From a virus, in IMG/VR virus record IMGVR_UViG_3300046167_000453, positions 7,694 through 71,693 of that record: a stretch of 64,000 nucleotides of DNA. One strand, written 5' to 3'. Shown one piece after another: positions 31,471-39,858 of the stretch. Made by a program: the position numbers and the translations under genes. Position 1 is the first letter of the stretch, and every line of letters begins with the position of its first letter. The notes beneath the pieces are model-generated. The model worked only from the letters and a program-made list of their open reading frames with translations, searched no databases and was not told the DNA's origin.

Positions 31471-31692
31471 CTAATGACCCCCAAATACTGACTTAATAGT
31501 TTCAATTATCCAACCCATAATGTTTATGTCAAAAACACCCATTATGTTTCCTATAAGAAACATAGATAAAGTAGCACAAGACCCCCAAAACCACGCTCGC
31601 ATTTTAATAAAAAACAAATCCGCAGAATGCGCTCTTTGTTGATTATATGCGTAGTCGGAGTCGGAGAATCCCATTAAGTCACCAAGAACCAA
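31471..31692 (-). CDS. Small membrane protein (GTPase operon)
   Basis: Hydrophobic C-terminal half; GAGGTGA SD. Confidence 0.7.
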   Translation of the reverse strand: MVLGDLMGFSDSDYAYNQQRAHSADLFFIKMRAWFWGSCATLSMFLIGNIMGVFDINIMGWIIETIKSVFGGH

Positions 31693-31702
31693 CTAATTCA
31701 CC

Positions 31703-32116
31703 TCATGGTTGAAGAGTAGCCAAAAACTCATTAGGCACTTGACTTTCTTCAAACGAAGCGATTTGTGTTTCAGGATAAACATTGTTCCATGAATCCCGCT
31801 TATTAACTCCGTATTGTTTCATACTTTCACGAAGTTTCTGTTTAATTTGTTGTTCTCTAGCAACCCTTTGAAAGTGTGCTTCAATTTGCCTATCTAGCAA
31901 CCTAATCTCAATTCTATCATTAAGAGATAAGTCGAATAGTGCTTTCATAACCATAATGCCACCAACTGTAATCAGCCCAAATAAGACCGAGTGTGCTAAT
32001 GGGCCATAAGGAAAATTAAGACCGTATGCTGAATAGAAATAAACATTTGCCCCACTGACTGTTCCGACAAATAAAATTGTCATAACTAATCGAGTATCGT
32101 TATTTAATGCCGCCAT
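31703..32116 (-). CDS. Two-TM protein with a coiled-coil tail (GTPase operon)
   Basis: Two hydrophobic helices followed by RLLDRQIE...QQIKQKLRE. Confidence 0.7.
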   Translation of the reverse strand: MAALNNDTRLVMTILFVGTVSGANVYFYSAYGLNFPYGPLAHSVLFGLITVGGIMVMKALFDLSLNDRIEIRLLDRQIEAHFQRVAREQQIKQKLRESMKQYGVNKRDSWNNVYPETQIASFEESQVPNEFLATLQP

Positions 32117-32125
32117 TAAATCACC

Positions 32126-32404
32126 TCAAGCAAACTCAATAGACACGGCTACTGCACCACTGACTTCTTCAAAGTATAAACCATTAGTGCATAATACACC
32201 ATGCATGTCAAATTCAATTGTTTGGTTAGCGGCTAAAGTAATCCTTGCGATTTCTTTACCACTAGCGGCTGTATTGTCATATACTTTAATTACTGCCGCA
32301 GCATTATTTACTTCTGTCGCATGAATGCTAATCAATTTCACTTGTCCGGTAACTACTAAAGCATTACCTGTTAATACGCCGCTACTTCTACAACCCGCTA
32401 CCAT
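32126..32404 (-). CDS. Small beta-rich virion protein
   Basis: IKVYDNTAASG...GLY pattern; head module. Confidence 0.6.
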   Translation of the reverse strand: MVAGCRSSGVLTGNALVVTGQVKLISIHATEVNNAAAVIKVYDNTAASGKEIARITLAANQTIEFDMHGVLCTNGLYFEEVSGAVAVSIEFA

Positions 32405-32461
32405 AATATCACTTCTCTAATTGGTGGAGACAAGCCCCTCCTATTTAATGTGTCGGTTCAA

Positions 32462-32809
32462 TTACTTCTTTAATGAAGTCTTAGGCTTTGTTTGGGCCTT
32501 TGTCTTCTTAAGGGAGGGTTTTGGTAGAATTTTCTTCTTAGGAACAGGAAGTAATTCTTCAAGTAACTTCTTACCTGATGAGATTTCTTTACCCATTTCC
32601 GTAGAAAAGACTTGTAAAAATCTTTCGTTCAATCCTAACAACTCGTCTTTATCTTCTTCACCAAAAACAAAAAAGTAATTAGGGTCAGAAAGACGGATAG
32701 CCGCCCATTTTACCGGAACGGCTACCCCTTCTTCCCTCGTAATTTCTTGTTTTGGGTTGATATAAAGCCGACGAATTGATGAATTATCACTTAATCGAAC
32801 TGTTACCAT
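32462..32809 (-). CDS. Hypothetical protein with a Lys-rich tail
   Basis: ORF track; GAGGCGA SD. Confidence 0.6.
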   Translation of the reverse strand: MVTVRLSDNSSIRRLYINPKQEITREEGVAVPVKWAAIRLSDPNYFFVFGEEDKDELLGLNERFLQVFSTEMGKEISSGKKLLEELLPVPKKKILPKPSLKKTKAQTKPKTSLKK

Positions 32810-32818
32810 GTTATCGCC

Positions 32819-33172
32819 TCAAAGGTTGCCCCAAACTCGCAATCTAACTGAATTACCGTTTGCATCATTAGCCAATGTAGCGTTTGTTCCATCCATAGCG
32901 GTAAAAACAAGGGCTAATGAAGTATTAGATTCATATGCTCCTGTTGCCGATATTTCAATAGAAGGTCTTGCTGTGTGCGCTAAATCATAGCCTGTAATTG
33001 TTGCACAATGGATTGTAGATAGCCCAAAGTCAGAAGCAGGAATAACTGAACCTGCGGCCAATACAGAAGTAACATCTACTACTGCATCAACAACATATTC
33101 GTCACCGCAAACTTTAGGTCGTGTAATTCCCTTATGGTCTGCCAATAAAACGGTTGTGTGTTCTTGTGCCAA
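32819..33172 (-). CDS. Putative capsid decoration protein
   Basis: Beta-rich, ends VRLRVWG; downstream of MCP. Confidence 0.55.
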   Translation of the reverse strand: MAQEHTTVLLADHKGITRPKVCGDEYVVDAVVDVTSVLAAGSVIPASDFGLSTIHCATITGYDLAHTARPSIEISATGAYESNTSLALVFTAMDGTNATLANDANGNSVRLRVWGNL

Positions 33173-33182
33173 TTAAAACACC

Positions 33183-33446
33183 TCACTGTCCGATTGCTAG
33201 GAAATAAACTACATCTCCGCTTACACAGTGAATTGTTACATCTCCACTTTCAAGCGGTAAATCGGCGTTAATTACTGCGGCGGCGGCTTCTTCGGCAGTC
33301 CCCTTATGTGTAAACATAAGGCTTTCTGTTCGAGTAAGGCCGGTTTCAATATCTCCGTCTGTGCTGTCTGTTGTGGTTTGTCCACACACTAATTTTCTGT
33401 TTCCTTCTAAATTCATTTCTAAATGTATTACTGTTGCAAATGCCAT
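33183..33446 (-). CDS. Putative capsid decoration / minor head protein
   Basis: GDIETGL...YFLAIG; directly after MCP. Confidence 0.55.
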   Translation of the reverse strand: MAFATVIHLEMNLEGNRKLVCGQTTTDSTDGDIETGLTRTESLMFTHKGTAEEAAAAVINADLPLESGDVTIHCVSGDVVYFLAIGQ

Positions 33447-33457
33447 TCTTAATCACC

Positions 33458-34795
33458 TCATTGTATGTTTGTTATCTTTCCTTGTCCTTTGAAGAATGAA
33501 CAGCCGACTTCACCAATTGTTCGGTAAAGCGCACGATTGCCCAATGTTCCAACACCAAATGGATTTCCGTTTGCGATACCATCCTCAAAGTATTGAGTTG
33601 GTTTCATAACGGACAACCAAAGGTGGTCTGTATCAAGGAAAAGCATATCACTTAGTTTGGATGAAGCCGCACCAGTAGCGGTCATATCCTTAACAGGAAT
33701 CAAAGGAATATCGTAGTATGTTGCCACACGGAATCCGATTTCTTGTCCTTTTGTTCCACGAACACCATTAACTGTCGGGACAATTTCCTTTCTATCCATA
33801 AATCGCTCTTGGCTTTGCAATAGGTCAGCCAATGCTTGAATAGTGTCATATCCAGTAAGGATAACCTTTGGAGAGCCACCTGCAAGTCGCAAGTTACGAA
33901 TCATGTTATTTAGGAGAGTTAAAGTCAATTGACGAACATTTCCAGCAGTATAATCAGTTCCGAAATCAACTTCTGCATCAAGGAAAGAAGCGGCAGTAAA
34001 TCGCTCACTACCGTAAATTTTTCCTAAATTGTTAGAAGCACTAGTAGTATCAGTTGCGAGAACTCCACCATCAATTAGGAGTAATTCTGCTCTTGATGTA
34101 ATAACCTTCAACAATGATGAATAATTGTTACCAATGTTAGGCATAGCGGCAACTTCACCGTAATGTTCTAATGGCATAACTAGCATCTTGTTTTGAACTT
34201 CAGCGTGGTGCTTACCCATATCTTCACGCATTTGCGCTCGAATATCTCCGATTCCATCGTCAATTTGAGCCATTTCCATAGCCAATTCACTGAAATCGAA
34301 TTGATGTGCAACAACTTTTGGACTCATGTTTAATTGAGCATAAGTTGGAGCAATTGGGCCTAATCCATCTTGAGCAGTTGAAAGTGCGGCATTCTCAGGA
34401 ACACCACCAATCATATCTGCTCTTGGTGAATCCGAACCTAATTCAGCAAGGTTTTCTGTTCCGCTTGCATCAACGGTAAATAGATTTCCACTACCACCGG
34501 CAGGTCGGCTCTTTAATACTCTCCAACCACTTGAAGAATAAGGTCGCTTTGCAATCATTGAAAGTGCATTGACTTCTCGGTTTAGCATAGACCAAACCTT
34601 TTGTCCGTAAACGATGTTGTATAATGCTGAAACATCGGAAACTCCACTACCAGACAATGATGGAGAACCATCGTGTCCTGTGTGAATACCGCCGACCATA
34701 CCGGCTTGCTTCAATAAAGCATTACCGGCAGGTAAGTTGTTAATTCCGTATGTTTGCGCTTCTAAGTCTCTAATTGTGTTAATATATCCTGTCAT
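33458..34795 (-). CDS. Major capsid protein (HK97 fold)
   Basis: YGQKVWSMLN, GGVPENA, PKVILTG, IPLIP, FLDTDHL; follows the protease gene. Confidence 0.88.
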   Translation of the reverse strand: MTGYINTIRDLEAQTYGINNLPAGNALLKQAGMVGGIHTGHDGSPSLSGSGVSDVSALYNIVYGQKVWSMLNREVNALSMIAKRPYSSSGWRVLKSRPAGGSGNLFTVDASGTENLAELGSDSPRADMIGGVPENAALSTAQDGLGPIAPTYAQLNMSPKVVAHQFDFSELAMEMAQIDDGIGDIRAQMREDMGKHHAEVQNKMLVMPLEHYGEVAAMPNIGNNYSSLLKVITSRAELLLIDGGVLATDTTSASNNLGKIYGSERFTAASFLDAEVDFGTDYTAGNVRQLTLTLLNNMIRNLRLAGGSPKVILTGYDTIQALADLLQSQERFMDRKEIVPTVNGVRGTKGQEIGFRVATYYDIPLIPVKDMTATGAASSKLSDMLFLDTDHLWLSVMKPTQYFEDGIANGNPFGVGTLGNRALYRTIGEVGCSFFKGQGKITNIQ

Positions 34796-34807
34796 CTTAA
34801 ATCACCT

Positions 34808-36043
34808 TCAAATGTTGTTCACCATCTTATGAATATCCGACCAATCCATTTCGGCAAGGTCATCTAATGATGGGAGGGTAACTGTTGCTTCTTTTTGAGC
34901 CTTAATGATTGAATCCTTTTCAGCAGTCAAAGACTTTCGCAATTGAGTAAATTCTTCCTTTAGAGAAGAAATTTCACTTGCTGCGTCATATTGAGACTTT
35001 GCTAGAATATTCTCACGGTTTGCTCTTTCGGAGTTAAATCGTGTTTCAAAAGACTTTCGGAGGTTATCGTAAGCAAGTGCTTCGAGTTGTTCTTCACGGA
35101 AAGCAGCATAAGCCTTTTCAATGTTTGAATTGCTCAAATCAAGAGAATCAAACTCATTGTTTGAGAATGCCTTAACAACAGGCATGTCCGAAGAAGTCGG
35201 CTTACCGTTGTTAATTACGATTCGGTCAGCAGGTTCGCCAATTTGGTTTCCTGCGCCATCGAGAGTGCGAAGGTATGCTTTATCTGCTTCTTCATAAGAA
35301 GAGTATTCTGCATTTTCTTCCATTGATTCTTCTTCATCATCAGCCATTTCCATGTCTTCTTCTTCATCAGCCATTTCTGCGGTTTCTGACATAGAAGCCC
35401 GTTCCATCATGTTTTCATCCTCTTCTTCCTCTTTGCGAAGCATATTAACTTCTTCCAAAAGGGTGTCCAATTCGCTCAGTGCTTTTTCTAGTTTTTCACT
35501 CATTTTTTCACTTCCTATATCTTGTTTTAAAATATCGAATTTCGCTTCGGGGTTAATTCCTTTTTCACATATTGTTACTTCATGGAGTTCTAACTTGCTT
35601 ATTTCGTTATATTCCCCTAATTCATTGTGGCTTTTCTTTACTTTTTGTAATGCTTGTCCACCAATACTAAATGACCTTAATGACCCTTTGCGAATGTTTC
35701 TTCCTACTTCCTTTGCTTTTTCAATGTCATCTCTTAGTTTAATTACTACAAAGAATCCCACATCATCTACTTCGGATTTCCATAATTTACCAGTTTTATC
35801 TCTATATGAATCTACGACTTCTCCAACTTGAACATTTGAATGATTAGTCATTACATTTCTAAACTTTGAGTCTCCCATGAATTTTTTAACTGATTCTTGT
35901 AATGCTTTTAATGTAATCAAATCGTTTTGTTTATCTACAATTTCAATGCTCGCATATCCACCAATCATTAAATCGTCGTTGCTTTTGAGAATGTTGAACT
36001 CATCATTCCTTGTAGCCATGACGCTTATACTCATGTTGCTCAA
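34808..36043 (-). CDS. Prohead protease fused to an acidic/coiled-coil scaffold
   Basis: IGGYAS...VDKQND, NHSNVQVG, SFSIGG, LHEVTICEKGINPEA; Glu-rich linker. Confidence 0.9.
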   Translation of the reverse strand: MSNMSISVMATRNDEFNILKSNDDLMIGGYASIEIVDKQNDLITLKALQESVKKFMGDSKFRNVMTNHSNVQVGEVVDSYRDKTGKLWKSEVDDVGFFVVIKLRDDIEKAKEVGRNIRKGSLRSFSIGGQALQKVKKSHNELGEYNEISKLELHEVTICEKGINPEAKFDILKQDIGSEKMSEKLEKALSELDTLLEEVNMLRKEEEEDENMMERASMSETAEMADEEEDMEMADDEEESMEENAEYSSYEEADKAYLRTLDGAGNQIGEPADRIVINNGKPTSSDMPVVKAFSNNEFDSLDLSNSNIEKAYAAFREEQLEALAYDNLRKSFETRFNSERANRENILAKSQYDAASEISSLKEEFTQLRKSLTAEKDSIIKAQKEATVTLPSLDDLAEMDWSDIHKMVNNI

Positions 36044-36063
36044 ACCTTCCTATTCTCTTTGAG

Positions 36064-36072
36064 TATATAATA
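36064..36072 (-). promoter_or_regulatory. Putative TATA box for the head operon
   Basis: TATTATATA in the intergenic gap upstream of the protease gene. Confidence 0.45.
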
Positions 36073-36081
36073 GACACGGCT

Positions 36082-37380
36082 CTATTTGGTAGGGAGGGTC
36101 AATTCTTTATACCTATCCTCATAAATATTCCACACTCCTGCATCTGATTCGTCATCAGCAGGAGTTTGTTTATATCCAGACCATGCTAGCCACATTTCCT
36201 TATTATCTACCTTAAGTCTTCTAATATTGAATTTAGTTTCAAACTTATTTCCTTCTAAGAAATATTCATGATAACCGTGCTTTTGTATTCCTAGTCTTAT
36301 ACTACCTTCATCTAAAAGTTTTCTTTTAGAAATGTTATTAGCAATCATAGCAGGGAATTTACCTGCTTTACCAAACAACTCAAATATATCGCCATCATCT
36401 TCTAAATCAATAAGCCAATTTAATGTTTCGTCTTTAAGTTTAATAACTAAGTTTAAATTATCATCATCTCTAAGGTATAATTTAAACTTACCATCCCTAT
36501 ATTCCTTTGGAGTTTTATATTCCTTAAGAATATTTTCTTCTTGTAATATTTTATCATCTTCCGAATAGAGTTTATTGGTCTTCTCATCATATGAAATACC
36601 ATCTCTTTGTTTCATCCAGTCTTTAAGTTTATCTAATTTACTTTCTAGAATATCTTCATAAATGTCTTTATGATTCTTAACTAAATAATTATGTAGTGCT
36701 TTAATAGTTTGCGGGCCTTTCGTTTTCATAAACTGAAAACCTGCCACTGTTAAACGAGATTGTTTAGTTTTCATAATTTCTTCCGCTTGATGCTTCCATA
36801 AGTCTAAATCTACTAAAGCATTTTTAGCCATCAAATTATCTTCCTCGAAACCATAGATAGTAAATCCATCCATGTCTCCCTTAATTAGAATAGAGGCTTC
36901 TCCGTGAATATGGTCGGTTATTGTAATACCTTTCTTAAGGGCTTCAACATTATAATTTAATGATTTTTCTCCGTCATTGGATAGCATCTCAAGAGTAATC
37001 AATTTGTCGGGGTGTCTTGCTTCGGGTAATTCTATTACCTTAGCGGAGTGAACGCTGTATATGTCGCCCTTCTTCTTAACATGGTCTATTTTGACTCTCA
37101 CTATGCTTCCTAAGTCAGCACTGATTTTAGTGTTAAGAGCCTTACCGACAAGCATATAGGTTTTACCTTCGATTTCTTGATAGTGCTTTCCTTCTCCTTC
37201 TGTTGGCCCTGCACCCAAAGAATAAGCGTAGTTACCACCGGATGATTTCTTATCTAGAACAATCAAATCTAAATCAACAAAACTCTTCCACTTAATCCAT
37301 TTAGGATTTTTCTTAGCCCCAACATAATAAGTAGATGTTGAGTCTTTAATAACCACTCCCTCGGCTGTTGGCATTTCCAT
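36082..37380 (-). CDS. lig: ATP-dependent DNA ligase, C-terminal fragment (motifs IV-V, OB fold, extension)
   Basis: EGVVIKD, KWIKWK, DLIVL. Confidence 0.8.
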   Translation of the reverse strand: MEMPTAEGVVIKDSTSTYYVGAKKNPKWIKWKSFVDLDLIVLDKKSSGGNYAYSLGAGPTEGEGKHYQEIEGKTYMLVGKALNTKISADLGSIVRVKIDHVKKKGDIYSVHSAKVIELPEARHPDKLITLEMLSNDGEKSLNYNVEALKKGITITDHIHGEASILIKGDMDGFTIYGFEEDNLMAKNALVDLDLWKHQAEEIMKTKQSRLTVAGFQFMKTKGPQTIKALHNYLVKNHKDIYEDILESKLDKLKDWMKQRDGISYDEKTNKLYSEDDKILQEENILKEYKTPKEYRDGKFKLYLRDDDNLNLVIKLKDETLNWLIDLEDDGDIFELFGKAGKFPAMIANNISKRKLLDEGSIRLGIQKHGYHEYFLEGNKFETKFNIRRLKVDNKEMWLAWSGYKQTPADDESDAGVWNIYEDRYKELTLPTK

Positions 37381-37957
37381 AATTGTCCTTAGAGTATTCC
37401 TCTATATCTTTAATAGAATCTGCTAAACGAGTATCTTTCTTAGAAGGGAAAGTTAAATCTTCACTGGAATGAATGGAGTAATTATTAAACATCAGTTGCA
37501 TTCTTTGAGTCAAGGTATCTTCTAATAATGACTTTTCATTGTGCCTTAATAAATCAAACATGTGCATTCTTAATCTACCGTCTGAGTTTTTATCATTAAA
37601 AACATGGGAAATGGTTTCTGCTCTATTAAGTGCTTCATCTCCTTTGAATAGTAACAAAGAACCATCTAATATACAGTCACCAAAATGTTTCTTTTCTAAT
37701 TCTTCTACTTGTTTTTTACACTTAGAAGTAATGTCTTTACCATCAAAAGAGAACACTTTAACCTTCTTGTCTATTTTTTGCATTTGAATACGAAGTCCGT
37801 CATATTTTTCTTGGACATAATATTCTCCACTAAATCCTTTAAGTTCTTTTATGTCGTCTATTTCAAATATACGATACATTGGCTTATTTGGCACTATAAA
37901 ATCAGACTGAGATTTTTCTTCACTAGATTTCTTTTCATCTGCTTTCTTAACAGGCAA
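37346..37957 (-). CDS. lig: ATP-dependent DNA ligase, adenylation fragment
   Basis: QEKYDGLR (motif I), CILDG, MFDLL; joined to the next part by removing one G near 37387. Confidence 0.82.
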   Translation of the reverse strand: MPVKKADEKKSSEEKSQSDFIVPNKPMYRIFEIDDIKELKGFSGEYYVQEKYDGLRIQMQKIDKKVKVFSFDGKDITSKCKKQVEELEKKHFGDCILDGSLLLFKGDEALNRAETISHVFNDKNSDGRLRMHMFDLLRHNEKSLLEDTLTQRMQLMFNNYSIHSSEDLTFPSKKDTRLADSIKDIEEYSKDNYGNANSRGSGY

Positions 37958-38000
37958 GCCATCAATTTCTTCTAATTCACTCCATTCGCCCTTATCATTC

Positions 38001-38606
38001 TTAGATAAGAATATTAACTCTAATAGGACTCATCGCTGCCTTTACTTTCGATTTGACTTTATTTGAGTCTTTTCCATCCCCATAATGCTCTATAATATAC
38101 AGGTCTATATCATCCGCTTGTAGGTCAAGTCCTTGAAGACCCTCCGTAATATCGTCAGGTTCGATGTCTTTAACGGCGTAAATGTCGGGAGATAGTGCTT
38201 TACTGTCTTCTCTAATAGCATAGTGAACAAATTTAACCATGTTACCCGTTGAAGATAACAATGCTTCTAAGACTTCACCTTTGAATCTCTTAGCGAAAGG
38301 GTCGTCTATGGATTCGGAAGAATAACGAAGTTTCTTAATTCCTTCGTATATTTTTTCTGCATTTTGTGATTGTGGGTCTTTGACATCATCTGCTTCTAAA
38401 TCAGAAATTTCTATAAAGTTCTTTAACTCATTAGACATTTCATTAGAATCTTCATATTTTCCTTTGATGTTATCTACCGCACTTCTCCACTTTGACCCGT
38501 ATTCTTTAGGGTCAGTGCGAGCCGATAGATAAGCCACTCTTACTTTTTCAAATAAGCGAACAATTTCATCCGATGTGGACTTATCCTTTTCAAGAAGATA
38601 AGCCAT
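38001..38606 (-). CDS. N-terminal extension of the ligase (frameshifted)
   Basis: Removing one base near 38027 gives SLLELIFLSKNDKGEWSELEEIDGLPVKKAD, in frame with ORF 37346-37957. Confidence 0.6.
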   Translation of the reverse strand: MAYLLEKDKSTSDEIVRLFEKVRVAYLSARTDPKEYGSKWRSAVDNIKGKYEDSNEMSNELKNFIEISDLEADDVKDPQSQNAEKIYEGIKKLRYSSESIDDPFAKRFKGEVLEALLSSTGNMVKFVHYAIREDSKALSPDIYAVKDIEPDDITEGLQGLDLQADDIDLYIIEHYGDGKDSNKVKSKVKAAMSPIRVNILI

Positions 38607-38615
38607 TTATTTCAC

Positions 38616-39257
38616 CTATGAACTTCTACCAAAATACATCGTAAGTTCTTTTAAGTCAGAAACGATTTCTTTTAAATCTCTTTCTAATTTCGGTATCTGC
38701 TTAATATTCGCAGTAAGTAGTTTGGAATTTATTTTTTTCATGGTATCTGATAGAGTATTAAAAGTATTATCAGCCATTTGTTGCTGTTGGTCTGTAAATT
38801 CGACATCTCTATCGTCTTTCTTGAAATCTCCGAATCCACCTTTGCTTTTACTAAGCATAGTCATTTGCTTTGTTAATACTTGGTAAACGGCATCTACTTG
38901 CTGTTTAAGTGCTTTTAGTGCTTTTGTTTCTTCTTCGTTTAAAACACCCTTAGCAAGTTCCTTTTCAATTTTTCTATCCCCTTCAATAACAAACGCTCTT
39001 GCTGAACGGACAGCAGTAATCATCTTTGCCTTATCAAAACCTTTCTTAATTTTACCACTAGTAAACTCTTCTCCACCGGAATTAGCATGAACCTTGTCTT
39101 GCTTAATACCATGCTTGGATGCTTTAGCCTTTGGTCGCTTAACCTTTTCAATAATAGGCTTAGTATCTTCACCATCTCGTAGTGCTTCTAATGTTTCTCT
39201 TGCCTTTAATATCGCTAATTCAATAATTTTTTCTTCTCTTGTTACTTTTTCCGGCAT
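38616..39257 (-). CDS. Coiled-coil hypothetical head-module protein
   Basis: ORF track. Confidence 0.6.
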   Translation of the reverse strand: MPEKVTREEKIIELAILKARETLEALRDGEDTKPIIEKVKRPKAKASKHGIKQDKVHANSGGEEFTSGKIKKGFDKAKMITAVRSARAFVIEGDRKIEKELAKGVLNEEETKALKALKQQVDAVYQVLTKQMTMLSKSKGGFGDFKKDDRDVEFTDQQQQMADNTFNTLSDTMKKINSKLLTANIKQIPKLERDLKEIVSDLKELTMYFGRSS

Positions 39258-39496
39258 TATTGTCCACCTACCTTTTCGACCATTTTATGAATGTCAGACC
39301 AGTCCATACTTCCAACATCTCCCATAGGAGAAGAAATACCACTACCATTATTCATGTTTGGGCTTGGACTTTGAGAAACTACTAAACCGGACTTCATCAA
39401 TAGATTATCCTGATGATATACTGTTTTTTCTAGATTTTCTATCTTTTCTGTTAAAGCCTTAAGAATGGCTAATAACTCTACATTTTGTTCTGTCAC
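39257..39496 (-). CDS. Small scaffold-like protein ending in MDWSDIHKMV
   Basis: N-terminal coiled coil; C-terminal 10-mer identical to that of the protease-scaffold. Confidence 0.7.
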   Translation of the reverse strand: MTEQNVELLAILKALTEKIENLEKTVYHQDNLLMKSGLVVSQSPSPNMNNGSGISSPMGDVGSMDWSDIHKMVEKVGGQ

Positions 39497-39858
39497 TTTT
39501 CATCACCTTTTTTCTTTGGATAAACTAAATCTCTTAATTGCCGATACAGCAACTCGTAGTCCTTACGAAGTTCAGTAGCAGTAGCCACTATGTCAATGTT
39601 CCTATCATCCATTGACTTCATTTTTTTCTTGAGTTTATTATCGGACTTAACTAGGTCTAAGTCCTTAAGAACATCAATTAACTCACCCATTTGAGTAAAG
39701 TCCTTTCCGAAAAATTCTGTCGGTTGTGCCGATTGTAGAACCTTTTTAAGACGCTTTCTTTGTTTAGCATCTAATCCGTCAAGTAGTTCTTTTGGCGTGT
39801 CTTTCTTATTCTCTTTGAGAATAATTTCTTTTCCTTCTTCATAAAAATCCCATGTCAT
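39493..39858 (-). CDS. Hypothetical helical protein
   Basis: ORF track; ATGA coupling. Confidence 0.6.
   Translation of the reverse strand: MTWDFYEEGKEIILKENKKDTPKELLDGLDAKQRKRLKKVLQSAQPTEFFGKDFTQMGELIDVLKDLDLVKSDNKLKKKMKSMDDRNIDIVATATELRKDYELLYRQLRDLVYPKKKGDEK

Noticed and set aside
8842-38606. Multiple frame breaks as programmed frameshifts or pseudogenes
   Set aside because: They hit essential genes, mostly as single extra or missing bases in short runs and with clusters near 20.4 kb; sequencing error is more parsimonious. Only the chaperone site at 22948 fits a known programmed shift
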